From NCBI RefSeq assembly GCF_009914755.1, contig NC_060926.1: DNA of 64,000 bases. The stretch is one strand, 5' to 3'. This stretch comes from the human T2T-CHM13v2.0 reference genome, Homo sapiens. Shown here one piece after another: positions 40,915 through 56,407 of this stretch; position 1 is the first letter of the stretch, and each line of letters opens with the position of its first letter. A model generated the notes under the pieces. It ran no database searches. It worked only from the letters and a program-made list of their open reading frames with translations, and had not been told where the DNA came from. Made by a program: the position numbers and the translations under genes.

Positions 40915-42189
40915 CCACTTCTTTAAACATTTATTATTATACAACAGTTTCTACCTTCATAGTCATCCTCTTTTGGATGACAAATTCCAGTTCTCAATAT
41001 CTGCATTTCGAATGTTTCAAAAGCACTCAAATGTAAGTATAGAGATGATTGTCCAGAACTGACATATGATAGGTCATGGACAAACCTTCTGTACAAAACT
41101 CTGGAATCACGTAACTTTTTATTTCTGCTAAATGAAATATAGAAGTATTTTCTTTGAAGTAGGAACAAATAAACTGCAAACATCCCTCAGGACACCAAAA
41201 TCCATCTCCCTAAATGGTGAGGAGTGCTGACGTAACTCCTCCTCTGACCTAATGGTATAAAATAACGAGAGGACAAGAAGCCCACAGTTCTGAGGTCCTC
41301 TGATCTGGGAGACTGTCTTTACCCCAAAGGAGCAGCAGCACTGGGAATCATAATTGTGTGTGCATTTCCAAGAAGAACTAGGAAGCAACAGAGCACTGCA
41401 CTGGCTTGATTGCTTTTTTTTTTTTGTCTCTTTTATGTCCTTTGCATTGCTTATTTGGTAATTCAATTGTAATTGAGTCCAGAGTTACCATTCTACTGTT
41501 CTCACATAACCTGATTTGGCAGACTGCCTAACGCAGCTCAGTAAAATAAACTGGAAACATATTTTCTAAAACTACTAGGCTAATATATCTACATAAACTG
41601 TGTTAACTTTTTCCTTTGAGCCAAAGTTTCTCACTTTTAAAAATGATGCTATTGTAAGAGAAGAATATATATCCTCCTCCTAATTATCATCATCAACTGG
41701 GGTATTTCTTAAATTGGAGTTCTATTTTTCTGTATTGTGATTTGAAACACTTGATTCCCTGATGCCATCTCAAATTGGCCAAAGCAGAAAGAACAGAAAA
41801 TTTGAGTGCCTAATGTTGAGCTTTATGGTGAAGTCTTAGTGAATCAGATAGACTAACATTTTCAAATTTGCCTCAATCAGTCATGCTTATAAACCACTAG
41901 GGGATAATGCAAACTCAAGAAGCAGTGTGGAAGACTCTATGGACAATAACTTCATTTGTCACGTATTATATAGTGGGTCCACAAATACAGAGCTCTGTAC
42001 CAATGTCTGTTTTTCTCACGAATGTTATAAACAATTGACAATACAGCAGTAGCCTTCTTTATTTTTACACTATGATAGTTGCTGAAAATAAGAGATAGTT
42101 TGATTATCAGTGTCAATGGAAGATGGAAAAAGGACAGCTGTTTTAAGTCTATGTTGTGAGGGTTTTAAGAGAGAGAGCTGGAGCTCATA

Positions 42190-42388
42190 GAAGGAAATTG
42201 TGAGAAGGCATATTTCAGCTAAGCGTAGAACATACTTTTTGTGAAATCACGAGCTTGCTCTAGCTGGGCATGCTTTAAGCATGGGTTTGGTGGCCATCTC
42301 CATGGTTTATAAAGGTATTTCTGTAGTGTGCTAAGGTTTGGAATATAAAATCTTCCAAAAATCTTTCAACTCTAACATTTGATGAGTT
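42190..42388 (+). mobile_element. L3/CR1 3' fragment
   Basis: aggcatatttcagctaagcgtag...tctttcaactctaacatttgatga. Confidence 0.5.
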
Positions 42389-42649
42389 TATGCCTGTAAT
42401 TTAATTTAGTGGATAATTTAAATTGAGAACTAGCATTATATATCTGGCATCTTTAAAGGCTGAACTTCTAAATGAACCAGATATGGGAAAGGAGTTAAAA
42501 GAGTCTCATTTATCCCCAAAATGTCAAATATTCTTTTATTAATTCTAGCATTTTTGTACATTGGTTTGTATTCATACTAGTGAGTTATAGGTTTTCTGTT
42601 TAAAAATGTGTATGTGTCTATATGTACATGTTTTAAGAAAAACAGTTGT

Positions 42650-44235
<1,586 letters not shown>

Positions 44236-44336
44236 TCAAGATTTAATCTCCATCTAAAACTTTCATTTCTCTGAGTATCTGTCTTGATTACAGAAGCCCT
44301 TACCATCATATGAACCCTGTCGGGACTGTAGGCTGA

Positions 44337-44719
<383 letters not shown>

Positions 44720-47087
44720 TCACTCTGCTTTTTTCCTGTTAAGACTTAGTTCAAAAGTCCAGCATTCTTTTAGAGTCTACTATAATCCAAACTCTCCCTA
44801 TTTCTTGATTTTTGGACATTCCCACATCTTTTGACAAAGCACTTTATCTTTCTATTGCTGACCAATCACTGGGTTTCTCGTAGGTAGATCTACTTCATTC
44901 TGATTGGGCCAAACCTGCAATAAGGCCCGAGTATGAGGCCATCATGTATACCAGGAGGATACTTTCTGGAAGAAAATTATATTTCTTCTCAACTGTTCCT
45001 TTTTGTAGATGCTTATTTCTTTTTCATTCTCAGCTATCAATCTCCTCAGTTTACTGTGGTATTTAAGCAAGATGAAATTAACCGGAAATTTTTATTTTAC
45101 TCTCAAACGAACCTCTCTGAACTTATTTTTTTCCAGGCAGATGTTGATATTACTATCTCCGTATGCTATGGGTCTGTGATTTTGACAAATGAAGGAGAAC
45201 AAAACCCACGAGCAAAATAGATTTTCTTATTATAATATCAGATTTCATTAGGAGGCCAAAAATACAGAAAAACTTAATTTTTTTAATTGTCTTAAGATTT
45301 TAAACATGGATATATTACCTTGAGGATAAGTGATTTTGACAGGAATCTATTTTCCCCTACATCTATTTTTTTTTTAAATCCTTTGGATTCAGTAATTACT
45401 TTTTGAAGAAAGAAGGTAGTTTCAGATGTTACTTTTTGAAACGACTTTTGCTCCTTACATTTTGTATATAATACTGTAATTAGAAAAATTGTTCAAAATA
45501 TCAAAACTTTGGCCCAGTTCATGCATATTTTCTGACTCAGAAAATCTGCCCTGCAATAATAATAAGCCGCATTGATAAAAGAACTTACAGCAAGTTTAAA
45601 AAACACTGCCATATGGTTAAGCTGACCTGGTTTTATTTGATCTGAGGTTTCCTAAGGTAATATAATACATGTTTGGTCATGATTTAGAGAGAACTAAGGC
45701 TTATTCCTGATTTGGGTTCAGGTCATGATGCAGAAGATAAAGTAGAGGAAGGAAGGAGGATGAGCCATGCACTGGGAGACCATAATAAAATCTTTTAAAC
45801 CTTTAAATTCTGGTGGCATAATTTTATATCTTTTTACTTATCTCATTTGCTGTGGTTTTCAAAAGTATCTGCTATTGGCTGAAGTTATTCAGTCCCTTCC
45901 CACTTCTCCAATTATCAGTAGCAATTTCCTTTACAAATACAATTTGTGTCTCTAAATAACCTATATAACCAATTAAATACACGATAACATATTTATGTGA
46001 GTTTTACGATAATTATTAATATGATTACATCTATGCCTTAAGATTATAGATTGTTTTTATTTTCTTTATTGCAAATTTTCATATTTCCCAAATTTAAAAA
46101 AAATTATATGAACCATTTTTGTTATCAGAAAGGTATGGGGTTTTGAAACACATTTTTTGAGAAAGATAGAACTTAATTTGTTTCCAAATCTTTATATTTT
46201 CAAATGGTATTCAAGGAAATATATGAGAAAATAATATGCAATTAATAAATCAAAAGAAGTTCATTTGGCTTACAAATTATTATGGAGCCAACTTGAATGC
46301 AGTAATCATTAGGTATAGGTTTACACGAATGACATTTTTCTTACCTGTGCAGCAATAATATAATATTTTCCAGGGAAATTTGAATAAATGTGTTTCAAGA
46401 GCAAATGATTGTCACAGAATAATCATAAAAGAAAATGTTTACAGCAGAACCAATCTTATCTGCATTTGTTTAAAAATATATCATTTTTGGTTGGAAAATA
46501 ATATTCAAATACATTTTTATACCTTTTGCTATCTATATCTAAATTGTGTTTCCCCGGCATATCATCTCAAATGGTCTCCCAGAACTGCCCTTCAATCCTA
46601 TCACATTTCTCAGGCAAATCACAAGCCCAAACTCCAGGATTATAATCCAATAGAGAAGATACTATATATTCCCTTTGCATTTCTCCTTAAAATGCTAACA
46701 CTTACCTCCTATCTCTTCATTTTTATATGATAATTCAATTCATTGAGCAGATAGAAGCCATTAGAAGAAAATTTCCCATTCTTCTCATTATGAAATGGTC
46801 TGCATTAATATCCTCTATTTTCCTCCTCTAATAATGGACACAGCTCTCCTTCCTCCTTTCTACTTATCACTTTTTTTTAGGGAGTCCCAGCAGTTTTTGG
46901 ATACACAAGCCTTTTTTTCCTGCAATTATCTATTCCTTTTACATACATATCATAATTTTTCCCTCTTTGCAGGATTATTTTTATTAGAAACAAACAAAAA
47001 TTTGTTTTATCATTATATGCCTCCTTGCAGGGCAAATCTCTCTCTAGGTACTGTCCCATTTCTCTTGTCAAGGGAAAAAATAGTTTA

Positions 47088-47467
47088 TGTAACTCAAGTA
47101 GAGATTAAAGGTCTGCTCACCTAATGCACATTGGGGAGCCTCTGAAGATCAGCGAACTCTCTGAGTCAATGCAGGATCTTATAGAGAATGGATAAGAGAG
47201 GGAGATAGGTGGTTGGGCTATCATAGCACTTTTCATCTCAAACTGATGTAAAACTTGCTACTGGAACGGTGGATGCTTTTTAGTTTTCCATTCCGCCTAC
47301 TTGGGATTGTTGGCACACTGACGTCCAGGTAACTGTTAGAACAGTTTTTATCAAAAGCTGTTTTGATAAGCCCAGGGTTTGTTGATTAGATAAGGCCCAA
47401 GGGAGAGTTAGCCAAAAAAGGTGGAAAGGGAAAACAAACAAAAGAAAACATGAGGGCAAGGGTTACA
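47088..47467. mobile_element. Possible old solo LTR
   Basis: 380-bp block with inverted termini TGTAAC...GTTACA; no clean TSD. Confidence 0.4.
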
Positions 47468-47589
47468 GCAAGGGAAATTGGGAACTCTATCATTTCTTTT
47501 AATCCTTTTATACTCTATTTCTCTTTATATAAACATTTCAGGAATTCATTTTTCACACTGTTTATTGTTTTGCATGTCTCATCTCCCGT

Positions 47590-48372
47590 TTTCTCTTAAA
47601 TTAATCCAGCTTTATTCCTCAACACTAGTGAAAACCCTCCTGCCAATGTCTTCAATGACAGCCACTTATTAAATCTGACATTAAACACCCAATTCTTATC
47701 TTACCCAAAATTGCAACAATCATTTGATGGTATACAATCTCGGCCTTTTCAAGAAATTAAGATTTATCTGGCAGATGATTTTAGTTAAAATTATATATAT
47801 AGTCCACCAGAATAAATATTTGGGTTACCAATTACCTCATCATTGCTAAATCCAATGGTAAATTCTTAGTCCTTGTCTCACGTAATATACTTGCACTTGA
47901 TAACCCGACTCAGTTGATTACCCTCTCCTTCTGGAAACAGTTTCCATCTGTCTTCAGCAAGACCTCACTGTCATGGTTTTCCTAATCATCTACTGGACTA
48001 ACTGGCTATTTGGTCTCATCTCTTTTAGCACCTCTCCATTTCTTTCTAACTTTTACCTAATGTGGAGCTCCTAGACTCAAATCTTCTCCTTCTTCCCCTG
48101 TCTGCTTTCCCTCACTTGCTAGATGATTTTACCTAGTACTGTGGTTTCAAATAAAAATCTATACGCTGATGGCTCAAAGTTATATCCCTAGGTCCCAAAT
48201 TAAATTTGAGATCCAGATTCAATACCTCCCTTCTTCTCCTCAAAATTTTCACTTCTTTGGAAGGCAGGGGCTCTGGCTGTCTGCTTCAGAGCTCTGTTCT
48301 CAGTGTCTGAAATGGTGCCTGATATGTGGTATGCATTCTATAAATTTTTGTGGAATAAATGATAGAATGAAT
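47590..48372 (+). mobile_element. L2 fragments
   Basis: ttgctaaatccaatggtaaattcttagtcc...tatacgctgatggctcaaag...ggtgcctgatatgtgg...gaataaatgatagaatgaat. Confidence 0.75.
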
Positions 48373-48602
48373 CTTCTGTTATTCCTCCAGCACACAACCT
48401 ATTATTCATTCATAATTATTTAATTGTGGAGTATTCTATCTCTTACCCCTAGGATAGTAATTTTCAACTGTTTCCTTCTGAGAAGTCTTCTACATTCTTC
48501 TGCAAACATAGGTCAAAATGAATTGATCATTCCTCTGCCATTCTGCAACATCCACATTATAATTATTAGATTGGAAAACTTTATACTAGTCACTGCTGTG
48601 CA

Positions 48603-48649
48603 TGTGTGTGTGTGTGCGTGTGTGTGTGTGCGTGTGTGTGTGTGTGTGT
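48603..48649. repeat. (TG)n microsatellite with CG interruptions
   Basis: Read directly. Confidence 0.95.
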
Positions 48650-49587
48650 CCTATTAGGATGTGAATTATTTGAGAGCTGGAGTCATATTTCATATATCTT
48701 TTTGTTCCTACCATCTTACATGATGCTTACACATTGCACATGCAATGACATTTTTGTTAACTTGGTCAATATAATTTTCTTCATTTGCATAATCAGAACC
48801 TAAATCTGTTTAAAAACTTCTTAAAATTGCTTTTTTTCCTGGTGTATAAATACACTCATTTAGTTATCTCTCCAGATTCCACAGCCAATTCTTTGTAATT
48901 TATTTTATAAGATGTTCCTTCTATTCTACTATTGGACAAAGGAGTCCTATGTATATCACTTCCATTTATATCATTTATATCACTTCCTAAGAGAAGAACA
49001 ATTTCTTTGTCTTGAGTTCAATCCTAATTTAAAGGCTTTTTACACAGAAATGATCACAACAATCAGAATACAGTATAAAAGTAAGTTTGGAAGTTTTAGA
49101 TTTTTTGTAAATACAAATTAACTTATTTTAAAGTTCCTTGGCATATTGTTTTATAGCAAGTGTTATCTCTCTTCTGGAAACAGAAAAAAAGTAAATATAA
49201 AATAAAATATAGCTAGAGTGGGAGATGATTTAAAATTTAGGGCCAATAGGACATAATATTATGTATTATATTACATATTATGTATTATATTATTATAAAT
49301 AATAACTATATAACAAAAATGTATTTAAAATGTATAAATCTATGGGAAAATGCTCATAACCAAAACAAAAGAATAAATGTATAAAATTATTTTTTCCATA
49401 TCACTTCAGTATTATTTATATGTTTACACATAAATATCTATATAAATATATTCACACATGATTATGATAGAAGAATGAGAGAGAAAATTGTAAAGAACTA
49501 TATCAAAATAAGATAGGTTCTCTCTGAGAGGTGATTTTTACTTTGTTTTATTTTTTGGTAGTTTCACATAAAATACAAATTCCCACC

Positions 49588-50598
49588 AGCAATTGTAACA
49601 AAATCAAGAGTAGGCAAGTGGAGCCTAATTAAACTAAAAAGCTTCTGCACAGCAAAAGAAACTATCAACAGAGTAAAAAGACAATCTATAGAATGAAAGA
49701 AATTATTTGCAAACTATGCATCTGACAAAGATCTAATATCTAGAATCTATAAGGACTCAAATAACAAATAAACCTATTAAAAATGGACAAAGAACATGAA
49801 CACTTCTCAAATGATGACATACACATGGCCAACAAGCATATGAAAACATGCTCTATGTCACTAATCATTAGAGAAATGCAAATCAAAACTACAATGAGAT
49901 AACATCAGAATGGCCATTATATAAACGGCAGAAAATAATAGATGTTGGAGAGATTATGGAGAAAATGGAATGCTTATACAAGGCTGGTGGGAATGTATGT
50001 TAATTTAGCCACTGTAGGAAATGGTTTGGAGGTTTCTCAAAGCACTTAAAAGAGACTACCATTCAACCCAGCAATCCCATCAGTGGGTATATACCCAAAA
50101 GAATACAAATTGTTCTACTAAAAAGTCACATGCATGTGTATGTTTATCACAGTACTATTCACAACAGTGAAGGCATGAAATCAACCAAGATGCCTATCAA
50201 CAGTTGACTGGATAAAGTAAATATGGTACAAATACACCATTTAATGCTATGCAGCCATAAGAAAGAATGAGATCATGTCTTTTGCAGAAACGTGGATAGA
50301 GCTGGAGGTCATTATCCCTAAGCAAATTAACACCAGAGCAGCAAACCAAATACTGTATGTTATCACTTCTAAGTGGGAGCTAAACATCGAGTATGCATGG
50401 ATACAAAGAGAGGAACAATAGATACCAGGACCTGCTTTAGTGTGGAGTTTGGAAGGAGGGTGAGGGTTGAAAACTACCTATCGAGAACTATGCTCTCTGA
50501 GTGTCAAAATTATTTGTACACCAAATCCCGGCACCATGCAACTTACCCTAAAAAAAACTTGCACATATACCTCCAAACCCAAAATAAAAGTTGAAAAA
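49588..50598 (+). mobile_element. L1PA16-like 3' ~1 kb
   Basis: ctaattaaactaaaaagcttctgcacagcaaaagaaactatc...aactacctatcg...aaaataaaagttgaaaaa. Confidence 0.9.
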
Positions 50599-50675
50599 GT
50601 ATATATATAAATCTAAAATATAAGAACTCTAGAGTTTGCAAATTTTAAAAACAAATATTAAATTTAGTTGTTTTA

Positions 50676-50975
50676 GGTAGAGTGCAGTGGCTCACGCCTG
50701 TACTTCCATCACTTTGAGGGGCAGAGGCTGAAGGGTCTCTTGAGGTCAAGAATTGGAGACTGAGAACAGCCTGGGCAACACAGCAAGACTCTGTCTCTAC
50801 AAAATATTAATATAAAAAAAGCCAGGCATAATTGTGCATGCCTGTATTTCCAGCTACTCAGGAGGCTGATGTGGAAAGATTGTGTGAGACTGGGAGGTTG
50901 AGGCTGCAGTGGTCTGTGACCATGACACTGCACTCTATCCTGGGCAACAGAGTGAGACCCTGTCTCAAAAAAAAA
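50676..50975 (+). mobile_element. AluJ
   Basis: Diverged dimeric Alu with J-type ctgggcaacacagcaagac and gaggctgcagtg; A tail. Confidence 0.92.
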
Positions 50976-51049
50976 TCATTGTTTTGGTTTAATATTAAAT
51001 ATTGCATTTTCATTTATGAATTGTCCTACTTCACAAAAGCAGTGTAACT

Positions 51050-51240
51050 AAAGAATATAGTAACTGAAGGAATACTGAACTGAAAATCCACTAAATCAGA
51101 GAATCCTGATTTGGGTACTTACTTTCTCACAAATTGTGTAACATTTAGAGGAAGCTTCATCTTTCTGGTTATTAGTTTCTTCACCTGAAAACTGAAAGGG
51201 ATGTGGCAGATGCCCTAATAATCCTGTTCTCATGGACATA
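51050..51240 (+). mobile_element. MIR fragment
   Basis: ttagtttcttcacctgaaaactg. Confidence 0.5.
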
Positions 51241-54200
51241 AGAGTTCATTATATAAAGGCTGATATGAGAACTATTCAACTATGCTGTTTTACTCCCACG
51301 AATAGGAGACTAATTTCATTATTTCTGGATGCTGTTTGAAATAATCATCACAAAGTCTCCGAAATTTAGAAAATATCTAGTTCCGCAAGCTGCAGTGTTA
51401 TTAACAAACATGGCAGAGCTCAACACCAGTTTTATGTCTTTTGTAGGGGATTTCTCATTTCATAGTTCGTTGTGAGAACCAACTCTTATTGGCATATATT
51501 TCCTATGTCGATATATGCTTCAACTATTATTCTGAACATTTTTACGTGCAAGCTACTATTTAAATATGTGTGAGAGGACATAAAATTTTGGACATCATAA
51601 ATGTAATTTCAAATGCTTCTCTTATGCGAAGAAAGAAAAGAATATAAAAACGTTTCTATAAGATGGGCTACCTTGGATATGTAGAAGTCATACATGTACC
51701 AAATTGTATATTAATAAATTAAGACAGGACACAATTGATAAGTGCTCATCTTAAGAGGCAACTGGAGGAATTGTAAGGATCTCTAAGGATGATTTAAGCT
51801 CCTTGTCAGCTGACACCCTTGGGCAAATAGAGTGTGTGGGAGACATGTGCAGTAATGAATGTGTGTGCGAGGCCAACTCTGTAAAAAGCTATTTTATTAT
51901 GGGCTAAATCCAGCTATTTTTACTAAAATTGCTACTTTGACTTGTTCTTGTGAGATTTCCTGCATGATTTTCTCCCTTTCTGGGGATGGACCTTCTGTGA
52001 GAAGCAGGGAGGGTGAGTTCCTTGAGAAAGTGAAGAAACAGAAAACAATAGAACCTAGATTCGGTGCATGGAGAAAGTCAAGAGGATGCTCATACTTCTG
52101 GTAGAGCAGTGAAGAACGTTGTTGCCACCCACTGCCTCCAGAAACGCATCAGCTAAATCCAGGGTGCAGCTTTAATAACAGGTTTCATAATAATAGTATT
52201 TATAAAACATTTCTCTGTAAATAAAGCACTTCCCACTCACAATCTTATTGTGCCTGGGTAGGCCCAGCTACTCTACCCCAGTTAAGCAGAAAGCATAATT
52301 TAGTGAGTTTCAGCTTTGAGGACCATTGTTCGTTTATTGCTGTAGAGTGCGGAGAACAGAGAAGCAGGAAACACACAGAGCTTTAAAGGCTATGCATGAT
52401 GAACTTACATCCTTGTAGCTTACCATTTTTCTTCCCTTCATGTGCAAAAATAAACTAAAAACTCCACAGACCTTTTCTCAAATTTTGAACTAATTTTGCA
52501 ACTTTGAAAGTAAGTTTTAGTAGTTTCTCAGCCTTTTTCTCCTTTGCCGTGTATCTTCTTCTCCTGGGTATCATTATCCAGTTGCCTTTTAAATGACCTT
52601 AGATCACAGCTGTGCTCTATAGGCTCTGTATTTTTAAAAATCACTGAGATTTTTAATTTCAGTTTTTAAATCTCAGGATGCTCATATATACTCTATCATA
52701 TCCACTACTTTTCAAGCATGAGGGACTGATATAATCAAATAAATCAACCTTTAAAAATTTCTTAATTATAAGCAGTACCAATAAAACAGGTATAAACATG
52801 ACCTCTGAGTTCTTTTTCAATATGCACACAAACTTAAAAAATCATCATATATAATTTTTTATATCCCTTCTCTAATACTCACTAACACGCTGTTATATTT
52901 CTTTGAAATTCAGCATAAATCTGTTTGCTTTCTCCTACTGAAGTCTTCCTTTCCTGTCTTCTCTGCCTACCTTGGCAGTGTAGAATTCAAAACTACCCAA
53001 GATAGGAAATCAGTTCAGTGACTCATTTTCCAAATTTTCCAAAGAGGTAGCAAAGCGTGAATACATTCAGTGAAGAATGTTGACTAATAGATGATGAGTA
53101 CAAGATGATTAACTTTTAAAAAATATTTATCATGTGTATACGTTTTAATGCAGGAGGTTCTATCAATGGGTGGTTTGGAAAGGAAATCATAACAAGTGTG
53201 GAATTCTTCCTAACAGTTTTATTTGTTTTGACCTTTCATTTCTTCACAAGGAGAATACATATACTAAACAAGATGTAAAAATTTGCCTGCTCGTAAATAG
53301 CTCATGCCTATTACTCACCTGTTTCCAAATTGTATATACTATTACTATCTATAAATATGATTTGTTGATATAAAAATGCAAATATTATCTCTAAATAAAG
53401 GAAATATCATTTTGGAACCTGAAAAGGTTTTGAAGAGCTCATCAAATGAACTAATTTTATGGAAATTTTAATGTGTTGCACAGAAAATTACTCTTGTGAT
53501 AGAAATTTCAGCTTTACCACATGCCAAAGTTCTCTACTCTGTCAACATTCTGTCGTTCATGCAGCCACAGGAATGTTGGTGTGAAAATATATAGTTATAT
53601 AATGTGTGATTAACTGTGCCATCCTGAGGAATTTTATAACACACCCTTTATTTGTTTCTGAACATTTTCCTGGATGCTTTACAGAACTCATTGCTAGAGC
53701 CAAAATTGTCTTTCTCCTTAGACAGACTTTAACCCATGTTCAATAAAAAATCATTTAAATGTGTGCATGATTTTTAAAATTCTAATACCTATTTCCTTGA
53801 ATCAATCTGGACGGAAAAGAAAAGTGAACAAAATTGTTCCAATATGCTATAAACACTCTCAATTTCATGTGGAAATTATTATTTAAAAACCCTGTAGCCA
53901 AATTTTTGGCGGAAAATAAAGAGGGAGCAGATGTATCACAATTTTTTCATCTTGGTTATTACATTAGAAAATGTAAGTAACTTATTTTTCAAACTGAAGA
54001 TTGAAATCATGATTCTTTAACTGAGATTAGAAAAATATATTTTCAGAGTTCAGAAGGAAGTGATTGTATTTTTTTCTTGAAAATAATATAATATGGAACA
54101 TTCAATGTGATTTTCCAAACAAGAATGCAATAATTTCTTAGCTTTCATCACATTAATACCTCTGTGTAATACCAATAAGGTGATTTGCAGCAGGGCTTAA

Positions 54201-55344
54201 GAGAGTAACTATATTACCACTTTTTTCTTATTTGTCTTTTTTTCTCTCGGATTTCTGACACAAAGAAAGATATAATTTTCATTAATAATTTTTTCTCTAC
54301 ATCTCTGTTGGTCTCTTGTTTTCTCAGCATATGTGTGTGTATGCATGTATAATGCATGTACTATATGCAGGTATATTTAAAATTGTTTTAATTATTCTAT
54401 ATTTTACATATATTACAAGTATTTTTATTACAGAAAATGAATCATCTTTTTAGAATTAAGTTGCCATGGCAGTTTTAGAAGAGTTTGACTGATTCTATTG
54501 ACACACATAATTCTCGTGGTTTCATAATTGTTGGTTTTCTGGCTAAGCACGTAAAATTTAAAGTTGAATGACGTATCTTATAAAGAAGGCAGCTTTTAAC
54601 TAAGACTAAACTGTGTTGTAAAACTCAGTGGCATAATCTATGTAGTTTGTTGATTAAATAAGTTTTACTATGCTGTGTTTTATTCCTGGATGGAAATCAC
54701 CCTCAAATATTTATTTATGAAAATAATCCTAGGGAATACTTTAGGAAAAATCCAAGCAAACACTAGATCACCAAATCATTCATGTATGTGATCATTATAT
54801 TACATAATATGACTGCAGATAACATAGTGACTGCTCCTTCAGTTGATTACTAAATTTTTTGAACTTTGACTTTCCCAGCTGTGAAAGTAAATTTGCTAGC
54901 ACAGATAAATACTAAGAAACATGAAAATGTTTATCTCTCTCATTAATACTCTCAATGAACATTTATTGAATACTGTATTGAGATGAAAAAGTATCAATTT
55001 CATCTTGCTTTAAAAAAATTCTCCCTTAGCAACTTTAGCAATAATATAAAAAGGAGAAGGTATAAAATTACACTAGATGGCAACCAGTTCCTTGACATTT
55101 AAATTTATGCCCTCTTTCCAAGCTCCCCACTTAGGACTGAATTTTAACAACTGTAGAAATTGAGCAAAAATAATTACAGAAAAGAATGGAAGAGCTAAAC
55201 TGATTAAATTGTGAATTAAACTGTACAATGTGCATTGAATAACAAATTCAGTTATAAAATTTCAAATATACATTTTATAAGGAATCTGAATTTTATGAAT
55301 AACATCCACTTTGAGTAGATATTCTCACTTAAAAATTTTATAAC

Positions 55345-56005
55345 CTCTGATTAAAGATGGCAGGTTGAACACAACTATTTTTTCTCTCAAGAACCCCTTC
55401 TCAAAAGTCAGACAGGGGAAGATCTGTTGCAAAATGAATAAATAATCAAAGATAAAGAGAATGTGAGAGGATACAAGAGTCACAAAATTTCAGAGCCTGG
55501 CAGTTTAAGGCTGCAGTGAGCTATGATTGTGCCACTGCACTCCAGCCTAGGTGACAGAGGTGAACATCCCCTCAAAAAGAGAAAAGAAGAAAAGTAAGTG
55601 GCCAAAATGTTCTTGACTCAACACACTTAAGAAACATAATCTCTAATGAAGCAGAGGAGAAAGCTAAGATGCAATCTGTTACATACCATTATATGACACA
55701 CACAAAAGTTGATAGCACTTGTCACTTTGGAAATGACAATACAACTGGTACTAAAAAAGGGAGAATTGATCAAGCAATAGTTGAAGAATAGATTAAAATG
55801 AAGCTAAGAAGAAATCCCCAGATGATCTTCGACACTTGGTAGTGAAACTCACAGCACCAGAAACCCAAAGTTTAGCTTCTGGAGAATGTGAAGAGAACTG
55901 TTCCTGGGATCAACAAACAGCGAAGGTAGAGACACACACTGAACATTGGGGAATCAACTGAACATCTACACCCTGAATGCAGAGGCCCCTCTTACCCCTT
56001 CACCA
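55345..56005 (+). mobile_element. Old L1/HAL1 5'-region fragment
   Basis: ctctgattaaagatggcag start resembles old L1 5' ends; A-rich body. Confidence 0.35.
55495..55592 (+). mobile_element. AluJ/FLAM 3' fragment
   Basis: aaggctgcagtgagctatgattgtgccactgcactccagcct followed by an A-rich tail. Confidence 0.88.
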
Positions 56006-56007
56006 GC

Positions 56008-56407
56008 TTTTACAGCTTACTTGTTTCCCCCCAAAATTAATACATTGAAGCCCTAAACTTCAATACCTCAGAATGTGATTGTATTTGAAGGGCCTTCAGT
56101 GAGGTGATTAAGTTAAAAATGAAGCCATCAGTGTGGGCCCTAATTCAACTCAACTTGAGTCCTTATGAGAAGGGGATATTGGGACTCACAAAGAGACACC
56201 AGGGACGTCTGTGCACAGACGAAAGACAAGGTAAGAATACAAAAAGAAGGTGGCTATACGCAAGTCAAGGAATGCGGCCTCAGAAAATCCAAATCTGCTA
56301 TACATTCATCTTGGACTTCTAGCTTCCAGATCTGTGAAAACACATTTCTGTTCTTTAAGCCACCTTGTTTGTGATATTTTGGTATGGCAGTCCCAGCAAG
56401 CAGTACA
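56008..56407 (+). mobile_element. MLT1B MaLR solo LTR
   Basis: tacctcagaatgtgattgtatttg...gagacaccagggacgtctgtgcacaga...ttggtatggcagtcccagcaagcagtaca. Confidence 0.85.

Noticed and set aside
40955-41127. Possible minus-strand exon (tttag/cag acceptor, AAG|GTAGAA donor) within an 86-aa ORF
   Set aside because: Weak donor and unrecognised peptide; not distinguishable from chance
45137-45220. Strong + acceptor ttattttttccag|G followed by an open frame
   Set aside because: No good donor nearby and no recognisable peptide
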